Positions 30,696-40,156 of a stretch of 64,000 bases of DNA are shown piece after piece. Position 1 is the first letter of the stretch, and each line of letters begins with the position of its first letter. The translations under genes were made by a program, and so were the position numbers. The DNA is taken from NCBI GenBank assembly GCA_040753215.1, contig JBFMEZ010000013.1, forward strand, positions 1 to 64,000. Direction: 5' to 3'. Under the pieces are notes generated by a model that worked only from the letters and a program-made list of their open reading frames with translations, ran no database searches and was not told where the DNA came from. The stretch comes from Candidatus Micrarchaeota archaeon (GTDB lineage Archaea; Micrarchaeota; Micrarchaeia; Anstonellales; Bilamarchaeaceae).

Positions 30696-30937
30696 ATTAG
30701 TATTATGGCGAGAGGGCTTTAAAAACCTTTATTTTACTCTGTTTATAACATTTATACGTTGAAAGACGGAAATCAAAGCTACTCCGCCCCCTCATCTCAG
30801 ACAATGCAAGCTCCGCCGCCGTTTCGTAATCAATGGGGTTGGGCGTGAGCGCGGCCATTTCGCCACGTTTGTTATCAAATATGATAACAAAGCCCTCTTC
30901 GTCTTACAATCAACCAAAATGATACTTTTTTATAACT

Positions 30938-31603
30938 TTGGTTAATCATATATTTATGCAGATCCCACTAAGGAACCGCCTCAGGAAGAGGCTGCACACG
31001 GAAACAGCCATGCTCCAGGACGAGGTGGCGGACATGGTCTATTCGATAGAGCCAAAAGCAGTCCTGCACGGAGGCACCGCAATCTGGCGCTGCTACGGCG
31101 GGAACAGGTTTTCAGAGGATTTGGACTTCTACTTCCCGCCGGAAAAGGATTTTGAAAAAAACCTTAGGGAAAAGGCTTCGGAGAGGGGCCTTTCCATCCC
31201 CAAGTACAAGATGACGGAGAATGTAATCTTCGCAAAAATCTCGGGCGGAGAAACTGAAGTGAGGCTGGAGATAAACCTTTCCGCAAGAAAGAAGGGAATC
31301 CCGAAGCCCTACGAGAGGCTGGACGGCTCATTTATGGATGTATTTACGCTTTCTCCGGAAGAGCTGATTCTTGAGAAGATAAGCGCGTATTCCGGAAGGA
31401 GGCTCATCCGCGACATATATGACATCTACCATCTGAGCAGGCTCATAACGGATGATTCGCTGGTGAAGAAAGAAATGCAGAAGTTCCTTAAGGAAATCCC
31501 GGCTCCGCTGGACGAGAAAACCCTCGCGGCTCTTCTCTACTCCGGGGCGGTGCCATCCTTCGCCCAGATGGGGGAGGCGCTCAATGCGAGGTTTTCAAAA
31601 TGA
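30938..31603 (+). CDS. AbiEii-type nucleotidyltransferase toxin
   Basis: HGGTAI, RFSEDLDF, EKI, RDIYDIY. Confidence 0.9.
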   Translation: MVNHIFMQIPLRNRLRKRLHTETAMLQDEVADMVYSIEPKAVLHGGTAIWRCYGGNRFSEDLDFYFPPEKDFEKNLREKASERGLSIPKYKMTENVIFAKISGGETEVRLEINLSARKKGIPKPYERLDGSFMDVFTLSPEELILEKISAYSGRRLIRDIYDIYHLSRLITDDSLVKKEMQKFLKEIPAPLDEKTLAALLYSGAVPSFAQMGEALNARFSK

Positions 31604-32253
31604 AGTATATGGAGGATTTCCGGAGGCATTTCCGGGAGGCGCCCGCCTTCACCGCGAGGGATGCCCGCGTTTTCCTTTCCGGGAAAGGGATAAGCGGGGA
31701 TTATCTCCGCACCCTGCTCCGCAACCTCGTGAAAAAAGGCGAATTGAAGAGGATTTCCAAAGGGGCCTATACCTTTAGGGAGGAGGCGGCGGTTGCCGGC
31801 TTCGCGTTCCAGCCCTTCTATTACGGATTGGAGGAGGCCCTCACTTTGCGCAAGCTCTGGGAGCAGGAAACGAATCCGGTCATAATAACCCCCAGAAGGG
31901 TAAGAAGCGGGGTTAGGAGTTTCCTCGGCACCAACATAGTGGTGAGGAGGATAAGCAGGGGGATGTTCTTCGGCTTTTCCATGGTCAGGCATTACGGCAT
32001 GTGGCTGCCGGTCTCGGACGTAGAGAAAACCCTGATAGATTTCTTCCATTTCAGGCAGCATCTTCCGAAGGAGGCGCTTGCGGAGATGAAAAAGCAGATA
32101 AGGAAGGATGTGCTGGAGGAGTATCTCAAAAGATGCCCGAAGCGCCTTGCCCTCAAGGTTAGGAATGCACTCAGCAAATCCCAGTGCGTATCTATTTATG
32201 GCTCTTTCCCCCCACCAGCTCGCTTTTCATCATCAGCGAGAAGGCGCCAGTGA
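31600..32253 (+). CDS. AbiEi-type antitoxin
   Basis: wHTH RISKGAY, YYGLEEAL, VSDVEKTLID. Confidence 0.85.
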   Translation: MKYMEDFRRHFREAPAFTARDARVFLSGKGISGDYLRTLLRNLVKKGELKRISKGAYTFREEAAVAGFAFQPFYYGLEEALTLRKLWEQETNPVIITPRRVRSGVRSFLGTNIVVRRISRGMFFGFSMVRHYGMWLPVSDVEKTLIDFFHFRQHLPKEALAEMKKQIRKDVLEEYLKRCPKRLALKVRNALSKSQCVSIYGSFPPPARFSSSARRRQ

Positions 32254-32776
32254 AATCCAACGGCTCCAGCATGAGCGCGGCCATTCCAAGCTGCCCCGCC
32301 GCCCTCTCAGCTCTGCCCCCTTCTTTGTTCTTCTTCGCCTCCCCAACGCAGAAATCCACGAGCCTCCTTACGATTCTTTCCTCCTCCGCCTGGTTGCACA
32401 CCGCAGCCCAGTGGCAGGCATCCACAGCTTCAAAGGCCCTTCCCGCAAGCACGAAGTTCCTCGCCGCCCTCTCATAAAGTTCGGAGGCGAGTTCCCGGTC
32501 TGCGCCCCTCTGCTCATCCGCCGCGGAGGAGAACTCCCTTCCGGCTTCCAAATACTTCCCGGCCTCCTCGAGGCACACTCCCGCCCTATCTGGAGGGATG
32601 CCCGCATCCTTCGCATTTGAAAATCTCGCGAGATTGGCCAGCAGGCGGGTTCTTTCCGCGGGGCCGATTCCATCCACCAGGTCCCCGTCCCTGCGCGGAG
32701 CCCTTCCGATTCGGAATATGCGCAGAACCCTTGCGCTCCCGCCGGCCCCTTCCATCACCCATGCCCCCTTCCGCAC
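32192..32776 (-). CDS. Orphan TPR/alpha-SNAP-like helical repeat protein
   Basis: AADEQRGADRELASELYERAARNF. Confidence 0.6.
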   Translation of the reverse strand: MRKGAWVMEGAGGSARVLRIFRIGRAPRRDGDLVDGIGPAERTRLLANLARFSNAKDAGIPPDRAGVCLEEAGKYLEAGREFSSAADEQRGADRELASELYERAARNFVLAGRAFEAVDACHWAAVCNQAEEERIVRRLVDFCVGEAKKNKEGGRAERAAGQLGMAALMLEPLDFTGAFSLMMKSELVGGKSHK

Positions 32777-33240
32777 ATCGCAATCTTCCTCTCCACAATG
32801 CGCGGAACCCCGCCCATCCCCAGGGCAAGCTCGTACTGCTGCCTGGCAAGCTCCCGCACCTCAGCCTCGGGCACAGTCCCTCCCCGCGCCCCCTTGAATA
32901 GATGGTCCCCCGCGTCCTCGTGCATCCTTCCGGCCCTGCGCGCATCAATCCCTTCGCAGACAGAAGCGGCGAGGGAAAGAGCCTTTCCCGCGCCCACGAG
33001 GCAGTCAGCCCTCTCCCTCCCGGAGGATGCCTTTTGGGAGGCGGCGAGGTAAAACCCGAACGCCCTCTCCGCGGTGCGCGCGGCCGCCTGCGCATCGGTT
33101 CCCCTGAGCCTCATTGCGGAAACCATGAGTTCCCCGGCCAGCCCGGCAAGGCTTTTGGCTGGATAATCCTCCAGAGGCGCCCTCCTGCGCCTGGCCCTCC
33201 TGGAATGTCTTTCCCTTTCCAGAGCCCGCGCCTCAGCCAT
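32755..33240 (-). CDS. Orphan TPR/alpha-SNAP-like helical repeat protein
   Basis: AASVCEGIDARRAGRMHEDAGDHL. Confidence 0.6.
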   Translation of the reverse strand: MAEARALERERHSRRARRRRAPLEDYPAKSLAGLAGELMVSAMRLRGTDAQAAARTAERAFGFYLAASQKASSGRERADCLVGAGKALSLAASVCEGIDARRAGRMHEDAGDHLFKGARGGTVPEAEVRELARQQYELALGMGGVPRIVERKIAMCGRGHG

Positions 33241-33251
33241 TCAAAATCCTC

Positions 33252-34469
33252 TCATTCAAGCGTATGCCCCGCCCTCTCCGCCTCGGCTATCAGGCACCCC
33301 TTCTTGGCCCCCAATTCCAGCAGCCTGCCCGGCGCATGCTGCTGTGCAAGCCGGGTTGCTGCGGCGTATTCCGCCTTCGCCTCCTTGAAGTACCTTTCCA
33401 CCTCGTCCTCGCGCTGGTTCTCTGCAGTGGTGTAAATGTCCCCTGCCCGTATGTGCAGATCAAGCGAGGCGGCGGGGTCCACCAGCTCCAGCAATTTCGC
33501 CGCGGCTGCGAACTCATTTGCCGCATGATGGTCAACGCCCCTATGCACGGCAAGCAGCTCACCAGCCTTGACCTTGAGCCTCGCTGCCTCAGCCGGCTCC
33601 CTTTCCGCAATCGAATCCGCGGCCTTTGAGCACATGTCCGCTGCCCCATGCCCGTCCCCCGCCGCCTCATAGAGCGCCCTCGCCTTCAGATACAATGGAT
33701 GCGCCAGCTCGGGGCGTATCTTACCCCTCAGTTCAGCAGCAAGGCGAGACACGTATGCCGCTTCTTTCGTTTCATTGCCGCCCTCAAGCACCCGGATCAT
33801 TGACATGAAGCTCGCTACGGCCCCCTCAATCAGTTTCTCTGCCCTCGCAGGGTCGCATTCCGCCGCTCTGGCGAAGCAACCCATTGCGGAAGAAGCTTGT
33901 GACGACGCGGTCAGATACACACAACCGCTTTGTTCGTAAAGCCGGGAAGCCCTTTTCGCATCAATCCCCTTCAGCAGGTCCGCGGCAAGCTTGAGGGCCA
34001 GCGCCTTGCCGAGATGCTTGTTTTCTCCGTGGGCTTCTTTCGCAAATGTGATGAAGCGCTCAGCCGCGCTCCGTGCCATCCTCTCCTTCCCTTCCGGGCT
34101 GTTACGTATTGCGGACCCGAACGCGTGGAATGCCTCGTTCAGCATCCCGGCGCGGAGATAGTTGAGCGCTCCCCTCCATGCGAGCTTTCCTGCGATGGGT
34201 TTGTTATCCATGCGGCCGCACAACAGCGTAGCGAACATCCCGCCCGCGCTGGCGTATTCGCCCTCCCTCTCATATCTCTCCGCAAGCCTGAACGCCGCCG
34301 CGAACTCGGCCGGCTCCGTTTTCTCGCGGAGTGGGGCGTCCCCGAAGAGCCTCGTGAAGGCCCTCTTAGCCATCTCATCCGCCCTCTGCCGCATCCTGTC
34401 CGCGGCGTCCAGAGTCCTCCTCGCGTTCCTTCCCTCGTCCGGCTTCCGTACCTTTCCAAGTCCAGTCAT
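33252..34469 (-). CDS. Orphan TPR/alpha-SNAP-like helical repeat protein
   Basis: Several AAxLL..xDPxxAxxLYxxAGxxY units. Confidence 0.7.
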   Translation of the reverse strand: MTGLGKVRKPDEGRNARRTLDAADRMRQRADEMAKRAFTRLFGDAPLREKTEPAEFAAAFRLAERYEREGEYASAGGMFATLLCGRMDNKPIAGKLAWRGALNYLRAGMLNEAFHAFGSAIRNSPEGKERMARSAAERFITFAKEAHGENKHLGKALALKLAADLLKGIDAKRASRLYEQSGCVYLTASSQASSAMGCFARAAECDPARAEKLIEGAVASFMSMIRVLEGGNETKEAAYVSRLAAELRGKIRPELAHPLYLKARALYEAAGDGHGAADMCSKAADSIAEREPAEAARLKVKAGELLAVHRGVDHHAANEFAAAAKLLELVDPAASLDLHIRAGDIYTTAENQREDEVERYFKEAKAEYAAATRLAQQHAPGRLLELGAKKGCLIAEAERAGHTLE

Positions 34470-34479
34470 TCAAATCCCC

Positions 34480-35253
34480 CTATCCATTCTCCGGAACCAG
34501 CCCACACATGCTCTCCGTGCTCCGCTCGCTCCACATAACCAGCCAGCCCACCCCGAACCTTTCAAGGCATCCTGGATTGGAGGATTCCAGGTTCTTAAGA
34601 ACCTCGGGCTCAGGAAGGACTGGGAGCGGCATGAATCCCTCCATCCCCTGCCCCACAAGGTTCCCGTGTATCCTTCCGATGAATCCGATTATGGCGGCAT
34701 CCCCAACCTGCCTCGGGCCGAGCCGGCAGTCCTTTATCACCCTGTCCGCCTGCTCAAAATCCTCACGCCTTATCAGCTCCGCAAGCGCGATGAAGCCGGC
34801 GCGCACGAATTCCTTGGCGCTGATGCCGGCGGATGCGCGGTCTACGGCGGAATGCAGCTTCTCCCTTGCCGCTTCCGGAATATCCCTCAGGTCCTCCTCG
34901 CGGTGGGACACCATCATGTTTGCGAGGAGCTCCACCCTCAGGCCGCTGGTTTCCGCCCCCTCCCTCTCCGCCTTCTCAAACCTTTCCGCGAGGGACGGCA
35001 GGTTGTATGGCGCGTCCATTTTCGGGATGTGCCTCCCCACCTCAAGCGCGCGGCGCACCCTCGCGTCCGCATGCAGCCACTCAAGGGCCGCGGTTGCCTT
35101 CCCCGCGTTATCCCCGCGCCTCAGCGAAGCGAGCGCGTTGTCGCACAGCAGCTCCGCCCTGCTCAACGCATTTTCCGGCTGCCTGCGAATCGCGTCCGCC
35201 TGGCCCTCCTTCCACCTCACCACCGCACTCACAGTCCTATTTGCAGTTGCCAT
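34480..35253 (-). CDS. Orphan alpha-helical protein
   Basis: Same strand and cluster; start at MATANR. Confidence 0.6.
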   Translation of the reverse strand: MATANRTVSAVVRWKEGQADAIRRQPENALSRAELLCDNALASLRRGDNAGKATAALEWLHADARVRRALEVGRHIPKMDAPYNLPSLAERFEKAEREGAETSGLRVELLANMMVSHREEDLRDIPEAAREKLHSAVDRASAGISAKEFVRAGFIALAELIRREDFEQADRVIKDCRLGPRQVGDAAIIGFIGRIHGNLVGQGMEGFMPLPVLPEPEVLKNLESSNPGCLERFGVGWLVMWSERSTESMCGLVPENG

Positions 35254-35266
35254 GTCAAATCCCCAG

Positions 35267-35410
35267 TTAATCATAATCCATAGGCACGATTCCATCTTCC
35301 TCGTCCCGCATTTCGCGGTCTATGCCGTCTATTTTTCTCCCCAGCATCTCCGCCCTCGCCGGGTCGGTTTTCCTCACCAAATCCGCGGCAGCCCTGTGAA
35401 ATCCCCGCAT
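35267..35410 (-). CDS. 47-aa ORF with one SNAP-like repeat unit (not in ORF track)
   Basis: MRGFHRAAADLVRKTDPARAEML.., compare AAECDPARAEKL in 33252-34469. Confidence 0.45.
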   Translation of the reverse strand: MRGFHRAAADLVRKTDPARAEMLGRKIDGIDREMRDEEDGIVPMDYD

Positions 35411-35462
35411 TCTATTTGTGCAAAAAGTTTTATTAAACAGATTATGCGCGCTTGCACAACAA

Positions 35463-36020
35463 CTAGAAATCAGAAAAGAGGTCTATCTGGGGATATCCGA
35501 GGGAAGCCGGAATGCCCCGCACGCTCCCGTTGCCGAGGCCGTCTCTGAATTTAAGTATGGAATCCACAAGAAGCCCGTGCGCAAGTGCATAGCGGCTGGT
35601 GAGGAATTCCATCTCCTCCGGCGAAACCTCCTCGGAAGTGAGCGCGGAATTGCACCTGCCCACGAACTCCTCCGCGACCTCCTGTGCGGTGCGGGCAATC
35701 TGTATGGCGCCCAGCGCACCCTCAAACGCCTGCCTGTCATAAAGGCGGGACACATCTACAGAGTGGCCGACCATCTTTTCCAGTATCTGGCTGAGCGCGT
35801 AGATGTAGTTCCTCATGTTTGCAATTGAGGAATCGGTCTGGTTGCGGTCAAGGATTATCAAGGGCACGGAAACCCCGCCCTGTGCAACGACTGTGGCGCG
35901 GCTGTCCATGGCCCCTCCGCACCCTATGGCACCTAGCGCAAGAAGCGTGGCTGCGCGCAGGAACTCCCTTCTGGAGGGCCTGCCCTCCGGGCCGCCTGCA
36001 GGCCTGGTTTCAGTTTTCAT
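35463..36020 (-). CDS. Putative Tat-exported lipoprotein
   Basis: SRREFL twin-arginine motif, hydrophobic stretch, AIGC lipobox-like motif. Confidence 0.6.
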   Translation of the reverse strand: MKTETRPAGGPEGRPSRREFLRAATLLALGAIGCGGAMDSRATVVAQGGVSVPLIILDRNQTDSSIANMRNYIYALSQILEKMVGHSVDVSRLYDRQAFEGALGAIQIARTAQEVAEEFVGRCNSALTSEEVSPEEMEFLTSRYALAHGLLVDSILKFRDGLGNGSVRGIPASLGYPQIDLFSDF

Positions 36021-36325
36021 ACGCCCGCTTCCGGCCGTGGGAGCGCCTCAATTTTAAAGGGATTAAGGAGCGCATCAGCTTCCTGCGCGGTAACCCCGTA
36101 CCTCGCAGCGTTCCTCACCGCGAAGGCGGTGCACCCGTCCTTCTTCGCCGCAATCAGCATCATGATGCCCGCCCTCCTCACGCATCCCCTCCGGCACCCC
36201 CTCTCCCCCGCGTAGTGCGCGCTCACTCTCGCATCCCTTCCCTTGAGCATGTTCGGGAACTTCCCGTTGCCTATCTCGCCAAGAGCTCTCATATTCATAT
36301 AAATACCCTTATTATAACATGCCAC
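36017..36325 (-). CDS. Hypothetical protein
   Basis: Stop overlaps the start of the Tat gene; start uncertain. Confidence 0.4.
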   Translation of the reverse strand: MACYNKGIYMNMRALGEIGNGKFPNMLKGRDARVSAHYAGERGCRRGCVRRAGIMMLIAAKKDGCTAFAVRNAARYGVTAQEADALLNPFKIEALPRPEAGV

Positions 36326-36472
36326 AGACGGTTTTTAAACCTTCCTTTTGGCCGCATGCCGCTTCCAGGCCACATCCTCTGCACATGCCTATTCATGTGC
36401 GTTTATGCTTTAAATCCGCCCATCCCCCGCCTTTAATACGTTTTCGAAAGTAACACGCGCAGGTGGCATGGA

Positions 36473-36802
36473 ATGGCAAGAAGCCCGCTGCTGGCGCTGG
36501 TGATGGCGTTCATACCGCTGGTGAACCTGTACCTCATTTACAAATGGTGGGAGGAGCTCAAGGTTGCGACAAAGGCGGATTACGACCCGCTGATAAGGCT
36601 TATCCTGATCCTCATCCCCTTTGTGAACATCTACTACCTGTGGAAGCTGTTCGCGGACGTGGAGAAGGCATCCATGGCGAAAGGGAAGGGAGGGTTCGCG
36701 CTCGGGGCGACCTGGATGTACGTGCTGTCGTTCATCCTGCTCGGCATACCTTTCCTCTACATGTTCTACAAGAACCAGGCGCTCCTGAATGCAATAGAGT
36801 GA
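36473..36802 (+). CDS. Small membrane protein (DUF4234-like)
   Basis: Repeated IP(L/F)VN.Y..(Y/W)K motif, C-terminal Q..LN. Confidence 0.7.
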   Translation: MARSPLLALVMAFIPLVNLYLIYKWWEELKVATKADYDPLIRLILILIPFVNIYYLWKLFADVEKASMAKGKGGFALGATWMYVLSFILLGIPFLYMFYKNQALLNAIE

Positions 36803-36853
36803 ATTTTTCTTTTTTCCATCATCTTTTTATATTCCCGAACCCCAATCCAACCC

Positions 36854-37759
36854 ATGGATGAAATAAAGGATTTCAATTTCCGGAAGGCGCCTAAGCTTTC
36901 CGAGCTCATAAATGCATACGGGAATGCGGGCTTCCAGGCAACCGAACTGCGCAAGGCAGTGGAACTCATGAAGAAGATGAGGAAGGAGAAGTGCACCGTA
37001 TTCCTTGCATTCACCGCGAATATGGCGGCCTCCGGGCTTAGGGGAATCTTCGCGCAGATGGTTAAAGAGGGATGGGCGGACGCAATCATCACTACGGGAG
37101 GTTCTCTCGACCATGACATGATTAAGGCTTATGATTCGTATTTCCTCGGCTCTTTTTCCGCGGATGATGCGAAGCTGCACCAGGAGGGAGTGAACAGGAT
37201 AGGGAACATTCTGGTTCCGAATGAGAGATACGAACTGCTGGAAGAGAAGCTGAAACCCGTATTTGAAGAAATGGCGAGGCGGTCGCCGGTTTCCCCCTCT
37301 GAATTCGCGATGGAAATGGGAAGGCTGATAGAAGATGAGGGCTCATTCCTTATGCAGGCGTACAAGAGGAAAGTCCCGGTATTTTCTCCGGGCATAACCG
37401 ATTCCGCAATAGGATTGCAGGCCTATTTCGCAAAGCAGAAGCACAGGGAGTTTGCAATAGATGTGACGAAGGATACGAAGGGATTAGCGGACCTTGTTTT
37501 GAATGCGGAGAGGACCGCGGCGATAGTTCTTGGAGGAGGGATTTCAAAGCATCATACCATCGGCGTCAATTTGCTGCGGGGCGGATTGGACTATGCCCTC
37601 TACGTATCCACTTCCGAATCTTATGATGGAAGCTTAAGCGGAGCACCCGCGTCCGAAGCGGTGAGCTGGGGAAAGATTTCCGAAGGAGGGAAGCACGTAA
37701 CGGTGAGGGCGGACGCGACCCTGGCGTTCCCGCTCATCTGGTATGCGGCGAGGGAATAA
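36854..37759 (+). CDS. dys: Deoxyhypusine synthase
   Basis: GFQA, SGLR, TTGG, NRIGN, GGGISKH, DGSLSGA, EAVSWGK, DAT. Confidence 0.95.
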   Translation: MDEIKDFNFRKAPKLSELINAYGNAGFQATELRKAVELMKKMRKEKCTVFLAFTANMAASGLRGIFAQMVKEGWADAIITTGGSLDHDMIKAYDSYFLGSFSADDAKLHQEGVNRIGNILVPNERYELLEEKLKPVFEEMARRSPVSPSEFAMEMGRLIEDEGSFLMQAYKRKVPVFSPGITDSAIGLQAYFAKQKHREFAIDVTKDTKGLADLVLNAERTAAIVLGGGISKHHTIGVNLLRGGLDYALYVSTSESYDGSLSGAPASEAVSWGKISEGGKHVTVRADATLAFPLIWYAARE

Positions 37760-37800
37760 CAATATAACTTTTCCGAAAGATACTTCCGCGGGGGTTAGAG

Positions 37801-38310
37801 ATGTACGATGTGCTCGCAGCCGTGATTTCCGGTGGCGCAATAAAAGTCGTGGATTTCATAGAAGATGAGCGCGGCGGAAAGGGATTCATAAAGTGGATAA
37901 TGGCGCTCATCGCCGGGCTCGCGTACGCATACCTCCTTTCCTTCTCCGCGGCCTCTGGGCTTTTCCTCGCAATCATAGCCGCGCAGGTGTTCATGGCGAA
38001 GGTGGACAAGGTCTCCCACGGGCTCGCGGTCATGGTCGCGGTGGTGGCCTCGCTTTTCTTCGGCATAGGGATGATTGATCTCTGGTACCTGCTCGCATTC
38101 TTCATACTCGCATGCATAGACGAGATTCCGCTCACGGGGGATTTGGCCCAGCTTGGGGAATACCGCCTGTGGCTAAAGGGAGGCACGCTCTCCGTGGGTC
38201 TCATAACCGGCGCATGGACCTACTTCATTCTCCTGGTGGCATTCGACATGGCCTACCTGGCGGCTGCGCATTACATGGGAGAGAAAATACGCCCGATGCG
38301 CAGGAGATAA
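37801..38310 (+). CDS. Membrane protein of unknown function
   Basis: Hydrophobic; KVVD, KVD..H, DE, FD motifs. Confidence 0.7.
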   Translation: MYDVLAAVISGGAIKVVDFIEDERGGKGFIKWIMALIAGLAYAYLLSFSAASGLFLAIIAAQVFMAKVDKVSHGLAVMVAVVASLFFGIGMIDLWYLLAFFILACIDEIPLTGDLAQLGEYRLWLKGGTLSVGLITGAWTYFILLVAFDMAYLAAAHYMGEKIRPMRRR

Positions 38311-38367
38311 GCCGGCGCGCCGGTGTGCAAATAAGTTTATATTCCTTTTCTTCTACTATTCCGCACA

Positions 38368-38751
38368 GTGCGTCAGATGGAATCGGCAGGTGCGACCGTA
38401 ATCGTCAGGGAAGTGCGGAAAGCCCCCAGCGTGAGGCCTCCTGCACCTGTTTCCGCAGGCCGCGGGGACATGAGGACTCCCCCGAATCTCATCCGGGAGG
38501 TATTGGCGGAAGGGCAGAGGGCGCCACCGATACCAAAATCACGAAGGGAATTCGAGCTTAGGAAAATAAGGGAGATTGTCGCGAGGCTGAGCCCCACCCT
38601 GTCTGATGATGAGAGGCAGGAGCTGGAAATCGCTGCGGGGAAGGCCGAACAGGCCGGAATCAGCCCCAAAACGGAGTTCATCGCGCACCTGCGTGGCCTT
38701 TTTCCTATGGTGCTGGAGGCCTACGCAAAGATTGAGACGCATGCAGCGTAG
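38368..38751 (+). CDS. Orphan protein with Pro/Arg-rich N-terminus
   Basis: ORF after an AT-rich promoter-like stretch. Confidence 0.55.
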   Translation: MRQMESAGATVIVREVRKAPSVRPPAPVSAGRGDMRTPPNLIREVLAEGQRAPPIPKSRREFELRKIREIVARLSPTLSDDERQELEIAAGKAEQAGISPKTEFIAHLRGLFPMVLEAYAKIETHAA

Positions 38752-38793
38752 CCTGGTGCATTAATCTTACTTATTAGTAGCCGCGGAATATAT

Positions 38794-39159
38794 ATGCAAG
38801 GCGATTCAATGGAATCAGCGTTATCGTTCACGGTCAGCGAGCGCCTTCGAGCACCCGCTAATCCTCCGGAAAGGAGAGGAATCCAGACCAGGCCCGAACT
38901 GGCGATGCCCCGGAAATCCCCCTCAACGAAAGAAGAGGCCAGGGCATGCCAGATTGCGCTGGTGAGGATGGTCGCCTCGGAACTGAAGAAGGATTCCCCC
39001 AGGCATATAGAAAGGGAGATAGAGATCGCGGAAGAGGCGGCCGTGTTCGTCAGGGGCGTATGGCCCAAGGCAGAGTTCCTTGCGCTCCTGAATGCGGAAT
39101 TATTTTATAAGGCGCTCCTGCAGTTCGAAGTGCTGGAATCGATGAAGGCAGTGGCCTGA
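38794..39159 (+). CDS. Orphan protein with Pro/Arg-rich N-terminus
   Basis: Similar architecture to the previous ORF (MESA.. start). Confidence 0.55.
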   Translation: MQGDSMESALSFTVSERLRAPANPPERRGIQTRPELAMPRKSPSTKEEARACQIALVRMVASELKKDSPRHIEREIEIAEEAAVFVRGVWPKAEFLALLNAELFYKALLQFEVLESMKAVA

Positions 39160-39208
39160 TTAGTGGAAGGGAACCCCACATAATATTATATTCCCTCCAG
39201 CGCAAAAT

Positions 39209-40156
39209 ATGCGCATGGAGTTCTCCTTTTCCTCCAGATACCCCTTCACTTCCGAAGCAAAGCAGAAGGTGGAGCAGTCCTCCCTCGAGCTGAACGACGG
39301 GATTATGGAGAGGGCGGTGCAGAGGGTGGTCTCAGCGCTGAGGGGGGAGAAAGGGAGTGCATACAGGCTCCACCCATCAGATGAATTGCTCGAGCTGGGC
39401 TCCTATGCGGCCGCCAGGATGATGCTCGCCTATCTGCGCAACCGCTTTTTGACCGGGAGGTTCGCGGTCGCGGAGGCGAAGCGCGCCTCCTCCTTCATGC
39501 GCTCGGATTCGGAGGAGAATCTGGGAAAACTGGGAGAAGAGCTGGGGATAAGGCCCACTGAATACGAGGGAAGGATGGTGCTCCCGGTCTCCCAGTATGT
39601 TTCCTTCTCCCCGAAATCCATAGACTACCGCCTCATTTTCCGCAATGTGAAAGGCGGGTTCGTTGAGGTGAAGAGGCCCGAGGTAATCCGGCTGATGGAG
39701 GAGGCGGTGAGGATGAGGATGGAAGTGCTGAAGCCCGCCCAGAACCCTCCGAAAATAATCCAGGAATATTCCAAAAAGCTCATGGCCCTCGTCCCGAAGG
39801 AGGCGGTGATGAAGATGAGCTTCAGGGAAGGGGACAACCCGCCCTGCATAGAAAAATTGCTGGAGCAGGTTAAGGCGCACCAGAACCTCAACCACCAGGC
39901 GAGGTGGGCGCTCGCGGTCTATCTCCTCTCGAAGAACGTTTCCATGGAGAAGGTGCATTCCATCTTCTCAAACCTTCCCGATTATGACGAGAAGAAAACG
40001 AAATACCAGCTTGAGCACATAGTGAAGAGGGGGTATTCCATGCCCGCCTGCGCGACCCTCCTGAGCTACGGGATTTGCGTGGCGGACTGCAGGATAGGGA
40101 CGCCATTGAACTGGAAGGTGAAAGATTGGAAGAGAGGGAAAGGCGGTTCATCCTGA
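39209..40156 (+). CDS. priL: DNA primase large subunit
   Basis: RYPF, PPCI, LNHQAR, PDYDEKKTKYQLEHI, YSMPAC. Confidence 0.92.
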   Translation: MRMEFSFSSRYPFTSEAKQKVEQSSLELNDGIMERAVQRVVSALRGEKGSAYRLHPSDELLELGSYAAARMMLAYLRNRFLTGRFAVAEAKRASSFMRSDSEENLGKLGEELGIRPTEYEGRMVLPVSQYVSFSPKSIDYRLIFRNVKGGFVEVKRPEVIRLMEEAVRMRMEVLKPAQNPPKIIQEYSKKLMALVPKEAVMKMSFREGDNPPCIEKLLEQVKAHQNLNHQARWALAVYLLSKNVSMEKVHSIFSNLPDYDEKKTKYQLEHIVKRGYSMPACATLLSYGICVADCRIGTPLNWKVKDWKRGKGGSS

